Below are positions 10,551 through 24,331 of a stretch of DNA of 64,000 nucleotides, one piece after another. Location: the NCBI GenBank assembly GCA_965649765.1, contig OZ287753.1, forward strand, positions 28,644,001-28,708,000, read 5' to 3'. The position numbers and the translations under genes were made by a program. Origin of the DNA: Bispira polyomma. Taxonomy: Eukaryota. The notes under the pieces are model-generated. The model was given only the letters and a program-made list of their open reading frames with translations. It had not been told where the DNA came from and ran no database searches. The stretch's first letter is position 1. Each line of letters starts with the position of its first letter.

Positions 10551-13500
10551 AGATGGTACTTTAACTATGATTTTCACATCTACTTAAAAGATAACTGTTA
10601 TATATATATGTGTGTGTGTCTGTTTTTAGCATTGAGAGCTATCAGGACAGGATGTGCTACAATATGTACCATAAAAAGCGAGGACTGTTCCTGATCATTA
10701 ACAACAAGCATTTTGATAAGTGCACTGGTCTTAAAACAAGGTAACAATGCACAGAAAACTTGCGACAGCCTAATTTTGCCACACACCCAGAGAGGATATT
10801 TTGAATGAGGATATATAATGATTATTATATTAATGATGATATACAGTCTAACCTCGTTAAGTAGACCTCTGTACAGCCAAATTCCCTTTTATGTCGACTG
10901 AATTCTACAGTCCTTTAATCTGTAGGCTTTTAAAACAAAAATCAACACTGTTAGTGAAAATTATGCTTAAAAAGAGGTATATCTCCTATAGTCTCTTGTG
11001 GTTTGACTGTATGACTATTTACAATACATAAACAAAGATGTGCAACCATCATACAGTTGAACCCCTTTAAGTCGAAATACTACTACTTAAGCAGGATTTC
11101 CACATAACATGGAAATGACTTAACAGAGTTCTATTTAAAGGGGTTCAATTGTATTGTATTAATAGTCTGGTGGAAAAATGGAAATTTTGGCTGAGCCTCG
11201 TTTTGTGAGATAAAAAAAGTTTTATTGCTTTTGTTTGATCTCATAAAGCTGGGTTCACGACTTACACCTGTATGGAATTTTTTTTCTTTTGACGATAGTT
11301 CAAAATGGCTGCTTACTTACTCATGATAATTCATTAAACTCATATTAAATTGGATTTTTTCTTGCAAAGTGCATTTTAACACACACAGATCAAAGTCCAT
11401 TTCAATCATAGTTTATGGACCAACCTACCACAATATATTAGATACTCACCTTCTCTTCCAAACTTTTAAAGCAAGTTCAATTAATTATGATGCTGATTCA
11501 GGATCCTTTGATCTGGATGAAATTGGTGATGAATAAATTTGGATATGAGATTGATGTGATACTTGGCAGTCATTTTAAATATTGTCAATAAAAAAGGATG
11601 CTAGTTCTACACCTTGTTTTTATGTAATCAGGATACCCGCCTCCCACTTCAGTGACTTACAAAAACGATGTTCATTCATGTATGGCAATTAGCCAGTCGC
11701 AGAAACATTCCTCAATGTAAACAGTAATTTTGTTTTTAACCCACAGTGATTTCTGGCTGAAATCCCAGGTAAGCGTACTTCTCTCCAGCCATTGCGGAAA
11801 TTTAGAAATAACGTAAGTTTCTGCAATGAATGTGACACTGCAAGGGCATGGCTAAACTTTCCTCCATACATATTAATATGATCTGACTGACTGCGAGTAA
11901 AAACTGGATTTGATTGGTGATGAACGCACATTGTCACAGTGGCAGATACGTGCTGGGTAAGCAGAGATAATAGCAAGGCCAACGTGAAAGTGGGAGCCAC
12001 CCTTAAAATTAGGTCTACTACGCTACCAGAAAAAAAACCCAATAAAATGTTTGTTATCTTATAAAACAAAGTTTCCTGCTTTTCCACCATACTATGTGTT
12101 CAAATGAAATCACTGTAATTTAAAATGAAGTTAATGTATCTATAAGTGCAATATCTGGTGTAAAGCTTTTGACCTTGTGGTCACAACTACAATTTTATTA
12201 ATACTTAGAATTTTGTAACAGTACGTGGAGCTTCTATTGTCCGAATATGTTGGGAGAACAAGATTTATCTTAAAAAATAGAAAGTCAATGTAGAAAAGGT
12301 ATTTAAGTATAAAACAATGTAAAAATGGAAATTTAAGAGAGTTAAAATGAGTTAATAAAATAAAAAATTCGGATGACAGAAGTTTTGATAATCGAGGAAC
12401 TACTGGACTGAATTAGTGTGAAGTGTAAATTTGTAATCATTCCATGTAATTTCTCAGATTCAGTGATGATTTTTGCAACATACAGTGTACATATTAAGCA
12501 TTCGTATTCACAAAACATTCCTAGAATACAATTCTTATAATTTTCAGTCTTAGCTAATCAAATTCTTTGATTTTTAGCCAATCAAATTGGTTGAGACAAA
12601 AATTTAAGACAAAAAATCTTTGTGAATACCAGCCCTGAAGTCTGACTAGATTAGATAAACCTGTCCCTGAAGTTAATGGGACATTGAACACTTTGTTGTC
12701 CTGTTTTGTTTTATTACTAAGGATATTGTGTGTTTTTAGAGCAGGCACGGACAAAGATGCAGAAAACCTGAACGAGACATTCCGTAAACTTGGATTTGAC
12801 GTCAAAGTTAAGCACAATAAAACAACAACTAAAATGTTAAAAGTTATGTCGAAAGGTAATGAATTTTAAAACTGTTATGATGAATCATAATTATTGGATA
12901 TCTTTAAAATTGATTGTATATTATGTAACTAAATTGTAAATGTCTTCTGTTATTTATAAACTTTCATCTCATTTTCTTGGTTTTGGTTGAGTATATCACA
13001 TTGAGTATATCATATATTTGCCCAGTTGCAAGCCATACCTTCTTGTTTATTGATTATTATTTTATTTCTACAGCTGCAACCACTTATGACCATAAGAATG
13101 CAGACTGTTTTGGCTGCGCTATACTCAGTCATGGAGCAGAAGGCATGGTATATGGTACAAACGGGGTGATCAGTGTGGGACTCTTGGTGGAAGAGTTTAG
13201 TGAAGAGAAATGTCCTGGATTGAAGGGAAAACCAAAGATATTTATAATACAGGTACATCAACTGAAAATTATATTTGTAAATATGAAGACAAACTTGAGA
13301 AAATAACATCAGAATGATCGTTTCTGGAGCTGAAGCTTTCCAATAATAACAAAAAACAGCGGCCTATATGATACCTGTAAATCCATTTAACACACTTTCT
13401 TCTTATTATTATAGATATAAAATCTGTAGTGATGTGGACTTGAAATCGTGACAATTAAATATTACTGTTTTGACTATGACTACATGTAATCATTGAAATC

Positions 13501-16285
13501 ATTGAAGTCTATACGTTTCTAATTTAACTTAACAGCATATAACTCTTTGAAAATGACATAAAAAATGATATCCATAAGTACAACTTTAACCCATATGTTA
13601 TCGCTCTGCTACATTAGGACAGTTTCAGGTCATCCGGTAAATATGGCTCTCATGCCTTTGCAGTGGGAGCTACTTCAGAATGGAATAGCTAGTCTTCCTT
13701 CTCAAATCAGAGAGCTTTAACTCTGTCATCCTTCGGAAGTAGGCGTGAAACTTACCTCTTATTTAAGGCCCAGTCACACAGCAATAAGACCTTTTAAAGA
13801 TGGCCTTGGACCTAAAAATCATAGATGTCTGACATAATCCTTAATATTCTTACAAAAGTCATTGAAAGGTATTTCAAGGGATTTTTATGTTTGTGGTTCC
13901 GGTCGTGGCTAGGTTGTTATGTTTACAAGTAATTCCTTTCTGCGACCACAAACATCTGCAGTACAGCCGGGTAGTTGCAGGTAGTTGCAGAGTAGTTGCT
14001 GACTAGTTGCGGAGGTGTCATACCAGTGGCAGACCACCAAACTCTGACACAAACAGTAGTTTTTTATGACTCTGATCTGGAATTGGATTAGTGTGTAACT
14101 AGTCGCCAACCACTAACTTACAACAAAAGCAATATATTATTCGATGACACTGCTCGTAAATCAATTCTCAACCAACAGGGGATTATTCGCACAAAGTATA
14201 ACTAGTCTTCCATAGGCTTTAATGATCTTCAATGATCTTAAAATGATCTTTAAAACATTGGACTTTACTTCCCCCTTTTCAGATATGGCTCTGGATGTAT
14301 TCCCTGGAGATTGTTTTCAGTGTATTAGAAGCTATTACATTGCAAGTCTGTCTTATATATAAGTTTGTATGTTTCTACATATGCTTTATGCTACTATATA
14401 TACATAGGCTTGTCGGGGTGTGAAGTTTGACTTTGGGGTGGATGTACCTTCGAGTGATGACCCAGAAGCCTTTCCCCCACTATCTAGTGAACACAACCAC
14501 CAGATGTTACAGGTCTTCCAGGAAATGGAAGACAAAGAAACCATGTTCTTTCCAATCCCTGCCGAATGGGACACATTGTTTTTATATTCAACTTTACCAG
14601 GTAGACCTTTATTTGCACTAAAACTATTTCTTTTGAGTCATTTATAGTTTTATTTTTAATTTACATTTTTTTTCGGAGTTTCTTATAACCAGTCGAATAA
14701 CAGGTTGTTGGTTGGTTTTATAAACCATCAACCAGTGAAGGAAAAGTCAAGCTTTTAGTCGTCATAGTACATAATGAAAGTGTGGTCTCTGTGGCCTAGT
14801 GGTGTCGGACTATGGATCTCAGGAATCTTGAGATCCTAGGTTCGATCCTCGCTGCAGGCCTGGGGATTGTACCTTTGGACAAGGTACTTTACACATAGTT
14901 GTCCCTCTCTACCCAGGTGTGTAAATGGGTACCTGGCCGCTAATGGGCGTTTGTCTGAGCACCGTATGTGGCAGCACGGCTAGTATGCTCACAGAGGAAG
15001 CTGAGACTGTACAATGGCTGACAAGTTGAAGAACCTAGGCTGGGGTATTAATGTCATAAGCGTATAACAGTGATGTTGATAGTGCGCTATATCAAATGAA
15101 TAATTATTATTATAATTATTTTTAGAATCAAAGTTTCATAGAATAATGAATAAAGTTGTAAAGTTTCTGCCAAGACTTATGTGAATTTGACTTTAAAAGT
15201 ATTCTTTTTAGTTTCAGTGGATCTTCTATTATCTGAATATCATGGGAGATTAAAGTATAGTTCGGATAATAGAAGGTTCATAAATAGATATTTTATGAAA
15301 TAAATATATGGTTAAAAAAATTGCTATTAGTAAGTGAGAAATGTAAGATTCATCCACTTTAAATTGTGTACTAAACAGTCAATATTTTACTGTAAGAAGC
15401 CTGTATTGTAATAGTACTTTTGTGTTACTTTGTTTCTGCTTTTTTTTTTTGCAGATATGTCTGTTGAATATTTAAATTCCTTAACCCTTTCGAGCAAAAG
15501 AGAAAACTATTACTGAATAAAATTTCACTAAAACACCAGAGACTATTTTGCAGCATTCAATAATGCCCTCACGTATATAATTTTTCAACCAGTCTGCTGT
15601 ACTAACAATTTCCTAATGCAAGGAACTGAAAGGAAAATAAAATAATATTTTTGAGGGTGTCGACTGCTTGCTGACAGACATAGCTTCTGGGAGTAACAAA
15701 TTCTGTTGGCTGCTAGGGTTAAATCTAGTAGGAATTAACAAAATGGAAGATGTATTTTAATACAAAACAATAGGAAACATTAATTGGAGTTTATAAAGTA
15801 ATATATTGGGATTATACCACTCTCTCTGAATAGTCCATGGGTTTTTAACTTAAATTTCAGGAAGTATAGGGGATGGGCTCTAAAAAGAATGTGGCTTTTT
15901 CATTCAAAATTTAAACAGTATTTATAGGAAACTGGGGCTGGGCTTTTATGAAAGCATGGGCTATTCAGAGCGAGTTTATGGTAGAGGTTCTACTGTACTA
16001 TAGGATTCTTTCATCAAGTTATTAATATATCTTTGTTATTCATGTACTATAGGTTACTTCTCCTGGAGAAACAGTAGGGCTGGTTCCTGGCTTATACAAG
16101 CCTTATGTCGAGTTCTCAATAAGCATGGAAGGCTCAGAGACTTGCTGTGGTTATTGACCAGAGTGAACTATGAAGTGGCCTACAATTTTGAGTCTTTTTC
16201 CAGCAATGCAACATGTAATGGCAAAAAACAAGTCCCCCAAATAGTTTCTATGCTACGGAAAGAGTTATACTTTGAACCGAAATAA
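9255..16285 (+). CDS. Effector caspase (caspase-3/7-like, peptidase C14A), 6 coding exons, ~283 aa
   Basis: join(9255-9274,10630-10740,12740-12855,13074-13252,14408-14600,16053-16285) = 852 nt, all GT-AG with matching phases. Motifs YNMYHKKRGLFLIINNKHF, RAGTDKDA, LSHG, GKPKIFIIQACRG, GYFSWRN...GSWLIQAL, KQVP...SMLRKELYF. Exon 1 is the least certain. Confidence 0.92.
9291..9452. repeat. 33-bp minisatellite, 5 copies, derived from a MITE terminus
   Basis: CATAGAACCTCTATTTTCAAAAACTTCTGTTAT starting at 9291, 9324, 9357, 9390 and 9423. Confidence 0.92.
10630..10740 (+). CDS. Caspase exon 2 (IESYQDRMCYNMYHKKRGLFLIINNKHFDKCTGLKT-R)
   Basis: TTTTTAG acceptor, AAG|GTAAC donor; first beta strand of the caspase fold. 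Missed by the ORF track. Confidence 0.92.
12740..12855 (+). CDS. Caspase exon 3 (AGTDKDAENLNETFRKLGFDV...)
   Basis: RxGTDxDA motif; TAG acceptor, GTAATG donor. Confidence 0.93.
13074..13252 (+). CDS. Caspase exon 4 (catalytic His, SHG)
   Basis: DHKNADCFGCAILSHG...CPGLKGKPKIFIIQ. Confidence 0.95.
13767..14260. mobile_element. Probable non-autonomous Harbinger-like fragment in a caspase intron
   Basis: Starts TAA|GGCCCAGTCACAC, with internal TAGTTGC repeats. Matching right end not found. Confidence 0.4.
14408..14600 (+). CDS. Caspase exon 5 (catalytic Cys, ACRG, and intersubunit linker)
   Basis: ACRG...PIPAEWDTLFLYSTLPG; TAG acceptor, CAG|GTAGAC donor. Confidence 0.93.
14782..15121 (+). mobile_element. 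tRNA-head CORE-type SINE with (ATT)n tail
   Basis: A box TGGCCTAGTGG, B box GGTTCGATCC, CORE-like CCTTTGGACAAGGTACTTTAC...CTCTCTACCCAGGTGTGTAAATGGGTACC, tail GCGCTATATCAAATG(ATT)n. Confidence 0.8.
16053..16285 (+). CDS. Caspase exon 6 (small subunit, stop TAA)
   Basis: YFSWRNSRAGSWLIQALCRVL...LTRVNYEVA...KQVPQIVSMLRKELYFEPK*. Missed by the ORF track. Confidence 0.95.
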
Positions 16286-16327
16286 TGCATGTTGCTTTTT
16301 TGCATTTTGTGTCAAAAATCACCGATA

Positions 16328-16499
16328 CAGTAGAACCTCTATTATCCGAACATGTTGGGAGAGCAAGATTTTGTTTGCATAATTAGAAGGTTCATAAAAT
16401 AGACGAGACATTTGTGTGTTAAACAATAGGAAAATATATTTAAGAGAATGAAAAGGAGTTATTTGGATAACAGAAGTTTGTATAATAGAGGTTCTACAG
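16328..16499. mobile_element. Tc1/mariner-pogo-type MITE (TA|CAGTAGAACCTCTATTATCC family); further copies at ~12223-12405, 21625-21801, 39785-39974, 45885-46054, 51994-52173 and 53939-54124
   Basis: TIR CAGTAGAACCTCTATTAT / ATAATAGAGGTTCTAC(A/T)G flanked by TA; conserved interior TGTTGGGAGAGCAAGATTTTGTTT. Confidence 0.85.
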
Positions 16500-17271
16500 T
16501 ATTTGCACGTATACTTTTTGAGACCACTAAGGCTCCATTCAAAGCCAAACCCAGGCATAAAAATATTTAGAATTTGTGAAAATGGATTACTGTAATAGGT
16601 GTACGTTTCTTGTATGTTAGATTGTGGCATAGACATTCTTTCAAATTATTCCATTCTGTGCTTTTTACATTTTTTTTTATAATTCAGCACAAAATGCATG
16701 GTATATTAATTGTCACCAGATATTGTACACCTTGCACATTTTAGTGCGTTAGCTGTCACTTGACCAAATTTTTGTTATAAAGCTGTTTTTATTCTAAATT
16801 CCTTCTGAGGGCCATTACAATTACTTTAATTTGCTTGTGATGATTTTTAAACATATCTTTTCTTTACACCCACTTATTCAAACATGACAAGCGATACTGT
16901 GATAAAAGTTTGTTGTGGTGCTATCTGGTATAAATGTGATTGATTTTAGGATAATTTAGGAGACAAGACTGCCGCCACTTTGTACAACAGAAAGACTGCA
17001 TACTCTAAGATTGCTCATTAAAATGATATTGATATTTTTACAGTGATTATATCATGGGCCATCTTCAAACATTTTAACAAGACAATTCTTAGAATTTTCT
17101 TAGTCTCAGCCAATCACATTCAATGGAAATTTTTTTCAGCCAATCAAATTGATTGACATAAAAATTTAAGAATAAGACTTTGTGAATACTAGCTAGCCCA
17201 GGTGACAAAATATTAAGTCTGTGGGACTGGACCATTGATAAAAAGGCGAGTCCTAACAAAATATCTTCATT

Positions 17272-17578
17272 TGTGGCCTAGCGGTTAGAGTGTCAGACTT
17301 TAAATCTTAGGGCCCCTGTTCGATCCCCGCTGCAGGCCTGGAGACTATACCCTTGAACAAGATGCTTTACACAAAATTGTTTGTCTCTACCCAAGTGTAT
17401 AAATGGGTACCTGGACGCTGGGCGTTTGTCTTTGTGCACTGTATGCTTCCTGAGGGAGCTGAGACTGAACAATTGGTTGACAAGTGGAAGAACCCAGGCA
17501 GGGGGTGTAAAGTGTAAAGTTGGCGGAGACCTCAATAGAGGCGATATCAGACTATAACCTACACACATTTACATTTAA
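17272..17578 (+). mobile_element. CORE-type SINE with (CATTTA)n tail
   Basis: Same head and body as the 14782 copy; tail GAGACCTCAATAGAGGCGATATCAGACTATAACCTACACACATTTACATTTA. Confidence 0.8.
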
Positions 17579-18289
17579 ACATGTTGGTTATATACTACTT
17601 CTATCGTCATGCATGCTTTACTATTGTTTGGCTTCCAAATTCAAAACACTAAGCAACTGTCATACTCAAAAGGTCTTTATCACAGTCCGTTATAACATCA
17701 TCTTGGCACCAAAGTAAGTAGATTAATTGTTTCGAATAGAATAATTTTTTTAATCTTTTTGAACAAAGTATAAAACACAGATGCTATAACACATCATGTA
17801 ACAGTGTTGCCTTTCTTTTACATTTATTTGTAAAGATTTTATGTTTTGATCTGGATTATTGAAACTCTGTATATGCGAAAAACTCACAAGGGTAAACATG
17901 TAATTTTAGGAGTAAGCTTCGAGTTTTCTTTACTTTTAAAATGATTTTAGCTATTTTTAACAAGTTACAAGTTGGTGATTGCATTTCTTACTATTACTGT
18001 AAACCTTTAAATATTTAGACAATGCCCAGCCTTTTGATAGGCAGTAGTGAAATGCTATTTTAAAATGGAAGCAAAAATTAGTGCCTCAAGAATTATATTT
18101 AAAGTGCAAAAAGTATGAAATGCTAGTTTCTATTCACCTATAAATAAAACAGCTCACATTAATTACCACTAACAGATTTGTCGTATTCAGACACTTTCCT
18201 TCTTGGAAAATTGCTTTAATTGGGCAAATGTTATGACCGGCTTGGATTTGTACTTTTTAAATGTCTGTAAAGGATGTAAAGTCCGTCTG

Positions 18290-18470
18290 GATGCTACGGG
18301 GTGAGTTAACACCCGGTCTGGTGACTTGCTGATTAACCAGCTGTTAACCCCCTACCCTAACAACCTTGCTATGCCTATGGACTTTACGATTGGATCACTA
18401 ATTTTGCTGTTGCGCTTTAGAAGATGCATCAATGAAGCGTGTTAAAAATGCATAATAATAATAATAATAA
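18290..18470 (+). mobile_element. Retroposon (LINE-like) 3' end with (TAA)n tail; minus-strand copies at ~34540-34685, 24738-24812 and 40630-40680
   Basis: Shared GCTGTTGCGCTTTAGAAGATGC...ATCAAT(G/A)AAGCG...TTAAAAAT ending in (TAA)n; copies are truncated to different 5' lengths. Confidence 0.6.
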
Positions 18471-21400
18471 AACTTCTTATAATATGTGTTTCTAGTCAAG
18501 TAGACTATATTCTTGTGTCTTTTGTGTTTTAAAGTGCATTTTGTTTTCTATTCCACAAACTACTGTTTCTTATGACAAAAGAATAAAACAGCTCTACAAA
18601 GCACATAGTTATATTTTCACACGCTATGTGTATATATGTATCTGTATATAATACTTTTGTTCACATTTTATAATAAATGCAAACTTATATACCAAAAAAA
18701 AAAAAAAATGTTTTAAATTCATTCATTATTACAATATATTTCTAAACATTCTCCAAGTCTTTTCACACTAGATTAATACAAAGTGGCAATACATATATCA
18801 AGCAATACTGTTTGCAAATTAAGTTAATGGTCAGAAAACCCAAAGTGGGTTGTGTATTTATTACAGTAACCTAGTAGACATGCATGTAACATTACTGTCT
18901 ACCATGTGATGTCACGTTATGCTACAAGATTATTCTAACCATACTACATGTATGTCCAAACAGAATTTTGGTACAAAAAACAATTTTTAGAATCAGCCAT
19001 CAGTCTTCTGACAATCAGTATGTGTATTGAGGCTTTACTGTACAATGTTACATAGTAGTCGTTATTTATTCCTTCTGCTTTGCAAAGTGCATATGAGATC
19101 AATAGTTCAAAAATATTCTCAAAAAACATCAACAACCCCACAACATTACCAAGCTTCGTATAGCAGGAATTTGTTAGGTGCTGAAAAGTTTAACTTTTAG
19201 ATAAACTTTACAAATGGTCACAAGCAATGTCCAAGCATTTTCTTTCCACCTTGAATACATATATAAACAGCCACCTGCTGTAGCAAGACAAGGGTCTCAC
19301 AGGGGAGTTGATACAAAGACACCCATTAATGGTTAAGGGTGTACAACACTCAATATATCTTGATACATTTTTTTTTCTCAATACATAGTAATACAACATA
19401 ATTGGAAAAGCAATAAGTAGGGAGTACATCATTTTAGAGTAAAATATTAGAATTATCACTCACTTCTTGGTATTCTAGAAATAAAGCATTAGAGCATACA
19501 AGATTTTTGTCAGCAACAGAACCATAAATAAAGCAAGGGATGCACCCGACACTGAATAACTTATATCTTACTCCAATTTTCATCATGTTTACATTTGGTT
19601 AATCTTTTTTCAAGATCACTGCCGCTGAGTTTTTCAGTGCAAGATTTTGCACATGGGCAGAAACTCTGTTAATTCTGAAACTTGCTTTTATTTTTTCTCC
19701 ACATTGAATATGATCGAATATATTTGAATACATATTGTGAACATGACTTGAATATCGCAATAAGATTTTAGGTATAACCCTCACCCTTACTAATAGTATC
19801 AAGATACTGTGGGATTTCTATTATCCGCTCTTGACTTTGTCAGAACAACAATTGGTTCAGAATTTGTTTTTTTTTTCAAATAATAGAGGTTTGAATGAGA
19901 GAAGTTATTTCGTTATGACATATAGGGCCTTTGCATTCTTACATTGGCAAGAGGCTAAGTTTAAAAAATGTTTAATGTAAAAAATTATATTTTAAAATAT
20001 AAGATTATCCCCAGTTTTGTTACATGTTTGTTTATCTCAAGTTTAGAGTGTTTTAACTAAATGCCAATTATCGTTCACCAAAACAATCTACTTACTGATC
20101 ACACAAGCTTCTTTTGGGATCACTTTCACAAGTGTTTCTGAGAATATGAGAACTTTTAACTTTAGTGTTCATTGATGAACAAATACTTTACAAGGTATAT
20201 TAATTATGTACTCTAATAAATACGCTGCTACCTCACAGTATTAGTAATAAAAAATTGCAAAACACAACAAAACAACTTCAATAGAATTTGACTTAGAAAA
20301 CAATAGAAAATTAGCAACAGAACTTCCATGTCATTTGATTTAAAGTTAGTAAGGCAAAGATGGACATACTAAACCCGATTCTATTGTAATAACATATGAT
20401 ATTTAATTGTAACAATTTTAGAAAAAAAAATAGTTAAGGTTGGTATTTAACTGCACGTTTATGAACAAAAGTGTAGGATCTAAATCATTTTACCCAAAAG
20501 AATTTAAGAAGTAAATGATTTTATCAATAAAATTGACTCTTTTTTTAAAGTATTATTTTTTAAATAGTGTAAATGTAGCACTAGACTGCCTGTAATCACC
20601 CTTAATTCAAAGTACATTACTACACACAATCAAACTAATTTATATTTCATTGTTACATAAAAAAAAATGGTATTTCTGGAATAACACGTTTTTTTTTACA
20701 AACAAATTTCCTGAATTAAAAATAATAAACACCAACACTAAATAAAACTGTGCATTGATAAAAAAAAAAAACTGAGCTTTTATGTCACTTTTTCAGAGTA
20801 AATAAACAAAATGGAAGCACATTCAAACGAAAGCACAAACTTTGATTTTGTAACCAACAACTCATTAAACTTGCAATTCAATAAGCATCATCATTATATA
20901 TATAATCATCACAATAATAACACGTAAATAACAAAAGGTCTTGTGCTTGCTACACATTCATATAGAGATAAACGATACAATGTATGTTAAAAGGTGCACT
21001 ATTTATTCTCTTGGTTCTGAAAAAATATTTTCCATTTGCAGAAAATATTTACAATACAAAAGAGACCCTATTATCAGAACTTTTTGTACAAGCAATACTT
21101 CGTTTGATTAATAAAACATTCATAACCTAGCAAAACATTTGTATAAAAATATGTAAATCTGGAGTACCATAGTGCCCATAAAATACAACATTTATTTTAT
21201 TGTATCGTTTTAATGTGAGTTGTATTTTCTGTGAATTAGACACATGTCACTATAATACATGAATTAAATAAATATAAAAATATTTGGATATAACAGAAGT
21301 TCTTATAATAGAGGCTCTATTGTATCACTACATTTGCCTTGGGTATTTCTGGCAATATCACCATCTAAAACACATAGCATGGGGGTCTCAACTGTTGGCC

Positions 21401-23457
21401 ATAATTTTGGCATATAAGCGTTCGGTGTCGATTTGGCATCATAAGGGTTAATGAAGCAACGAATACACAAGACATCTGCACAATATTACAAAAGGCACTC
21501 AGTTGCTACATTTTCCTTCTCTAAATGTTTAGCAAATAAATGTATTTCAACCTCTGGGTCCGTATTTCTCAAGGATCTTAACCTCACATTGACTTATTGT
21601 ATCTTTTTGTGAACAACAAACATTTAGTAAAACCTCTATTATTCAAACATTCGATTGTATGAAACCCATTTTCACTCTCCCAAATTTATATTATTATTAA
21701 TATTGTTTCATACTAAACTGCATCTTCTAGCTGATGAACATTCTATTATCTAAACAAAATATTGCCATCAAAACTTGTTTAGGAAAATAGAGGTCCTACT
21801 GTATTCAATTCTAGGACTACATTGTTGTTGAAAGCTCCATTGACAACGATTGGTAACTTACCCAGGTAAAATTTGAGGTTAAGCACAAGTTTAAGCGATC
21901 CTTGCCAACATAACGGAATAGCAATGACAGCACATGGGGTATACCAGCACAAGGCATTTTGGTACATTTATATGTTTTTAAGCATATACAATTACATCTC
22001 AAACTAGAATGACACTCCGTAGAGTGCATACCTCTGCCAAGGCACTACAGTGCCAAAAAGTGTAAAAATATTTTTACATTAGTAAAACACCCCATAATCC
22101 CTTCACCAAATTTATTGTGAAGTTGTTCGGGAGTTTTTGCGTAATCCTAGTAATAAATAGGACAAACGAACCAACAGACACAGGCCAAAACATGGCAGAG
22201 GTAAATATCATGTAGGTGTACATAAAGCACTGATTAAATATATCTATAATTATTACAAATCCTTCTAACCACAGAAATAGGATATGGTGGGTGCACAACC
22301 AGCTGATAAACAGACATATGAAACACATAACTACTCAAGTTATCAAACTTTATTATAGTAGGGACTGTGTTGGAATGATTTAAATTAGAATCACAGATGT
22401 AAAAATTCTACAGCCAAGGATGAGGTCATCACACTATGAAAAAGTGAAAGTAATAATATGGCACTAAATATGAACATTCTGTGATAAAGAAATGCGTTGA
22501 TACACGTGTACTCGGATATAGTTCAGATAAGATTTTGAGATCAAAAGTCATAGCTCCAAAGTCAAAAGGACCAAATGAGGATAGACCACAATACCGAACA
22601 TCTAAATCAGTTTGTGAATATCTTTGCGAATGTCTGTACCAAATCTGACCTTCATTTGATATGCAATTCCTGGGATCTAGTTTGGACAAAGGTTAAAGGT
22701 CAAGCTTTATTTATCTAAGGTCAAAATAAGGTCAAACACAGATATATTGCACATGTAAATCCCCTACCAAAATATTTATGCAATAACCATGAAATTATAT
22801 TGATTAACTCTAGTTTCCAAGATTTACTTCAAACGACAGGTTCAGGGTTATAATACCAAGTTCAAACCATGTTGTTGAACAACTTCTGCACAAAAGGAAT
22901 ATTTTGTATCGAACATGATATTCCTGTGGCAAATAGTTCTTTAGATGTAGTCCAGTTCTGTGTTTTTTCTCAAAGATTCTTATTCTTAAATTTTTTAGAA
23001 TTGACTCTATGTAAATATGGCCCCTGATTAGAAAAATGCGTGCCGTGTAGATGACAATACAACAATACTCATTGATGGCTGATGGCTCAAAACTAAAAAC
23101 TTCATCTCTAAGACAGCTACATTAAATCCATATATACATGGAGAACCTCGTGCCTACAACTGCATTTTTATATAGATACTAGATAAACTAGATATGTTTT
23201 TTACATATCATGGAAAACTTCTATTTAAGACCATTTACTCTCGCCAAACAGAGTCAATAAACTAAAATATAAATGATTTTAATTCTGTTGATTCTACCTG
23301 CAAAAAGACTACTACAAAAACAATCCAGTTTGACGTGGAAAAAAATCCGTCCATGTAAATCCAAGCTATATATTAGGGTGACAAGTTAAAGTTTTCAACA
23401 CCAATAATGCTCAACTATTGGCATAAGCAAATTAACTAAAATATTTGTTTTATATTG

Positions 23458-23870
23458 CCGAAATCATCTGCAGAAGCGCCCATGCTCACATTATCGCCCA
23501 ACCCCCAAAAAACCTCCTACAACCCAATTTACCCATAAAAACACACACCAGAAGTGACATATGTAAATTAAATACCTAATAAAAACTACTTTCCGTTGTT
23601 TAATACATCCATATTATATTCTTTATAGTCAAGTCTTTAGTCTTTTTATGACGTCAGTAATCAATGGCAAATATGTAGGTTTAGGTGTTAAAACTGGATA
23701 TACTGTATAATAAACATTTAAAATGAAGGAAAATGTCATTATGATGTTTTCTTATGTTATTTTAATTACAGAGGGCCAATTGCAATCGCCCATGCTCACA
23801 TTACCGACCACCCCAGGTTTCACTCCATTTCGACCAATTGCCCAGTAGGCACTTCCGTGGATGATTTCGG
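23458..23870. mobile_element. MITE with CCGAAAT... termini (second, interrupted copy at 35200-36628)
   Basis: TIR CCGAAATCATCTGCAGAAGCGCC / GGCACTTCCGTGGATGATTTCGG|TA; subterminal GCCCATGCTCACATTA repeats. Confidence 0.7.
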
Positions 23871-24331
23871 TAAACTATGCATTATGTGCTACTGTGAAGG
23901 TTGTATTACACCACCAACCTATTCAAACAACCATGTTTAACCCACTTCTAAAGATTTTAATGAAATGCAGGTTTGACCGAAACCTTTATACATATAAATA
24001 CATTTATTCTATATGGTGTGCTCTACGTCGATTATAGGTATTCTCTATGGGAATTATATATTACGTCATGTGACAACTTCTAAGCCAATGAAATCTTAGG
24101 ATTCTCTGCTGAGAGGTATAATAATCATACACTTGTACTATAAACACTGTATCACTGGATAAAACTTTTTTTTGGGGGGGGGGGTTTTCTACAAAATGAC
24201 TGCTAGTCAGGTATAAAAAAATAAACTGTAGTTCTATGGATAAAAATACATAACTTTATTCTTGCATTTTAGTAGCACTATGTGTCACTTTTTTGGTAAT
24301 TATTGTTTCTTTGTGTATTTCCAAGTGTTTA

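Noticed and set aside
11444-11600. Strong minus-strand donor AAG|GTGAGT inside a caspase intron, suggesting an antisense exon
   Set aside because: No open frame reaching the donor and no identifiable partner exon; unsupported without RNA data.
14782-14860. tRNA-like sequences at SINE heads (also 2420-2503, 17272, 28313, 30771)
   Set aside because: Only A/B boxes are retained, the cloverleaf is broken, and most continue into SINE bodies; not tRNA genes.
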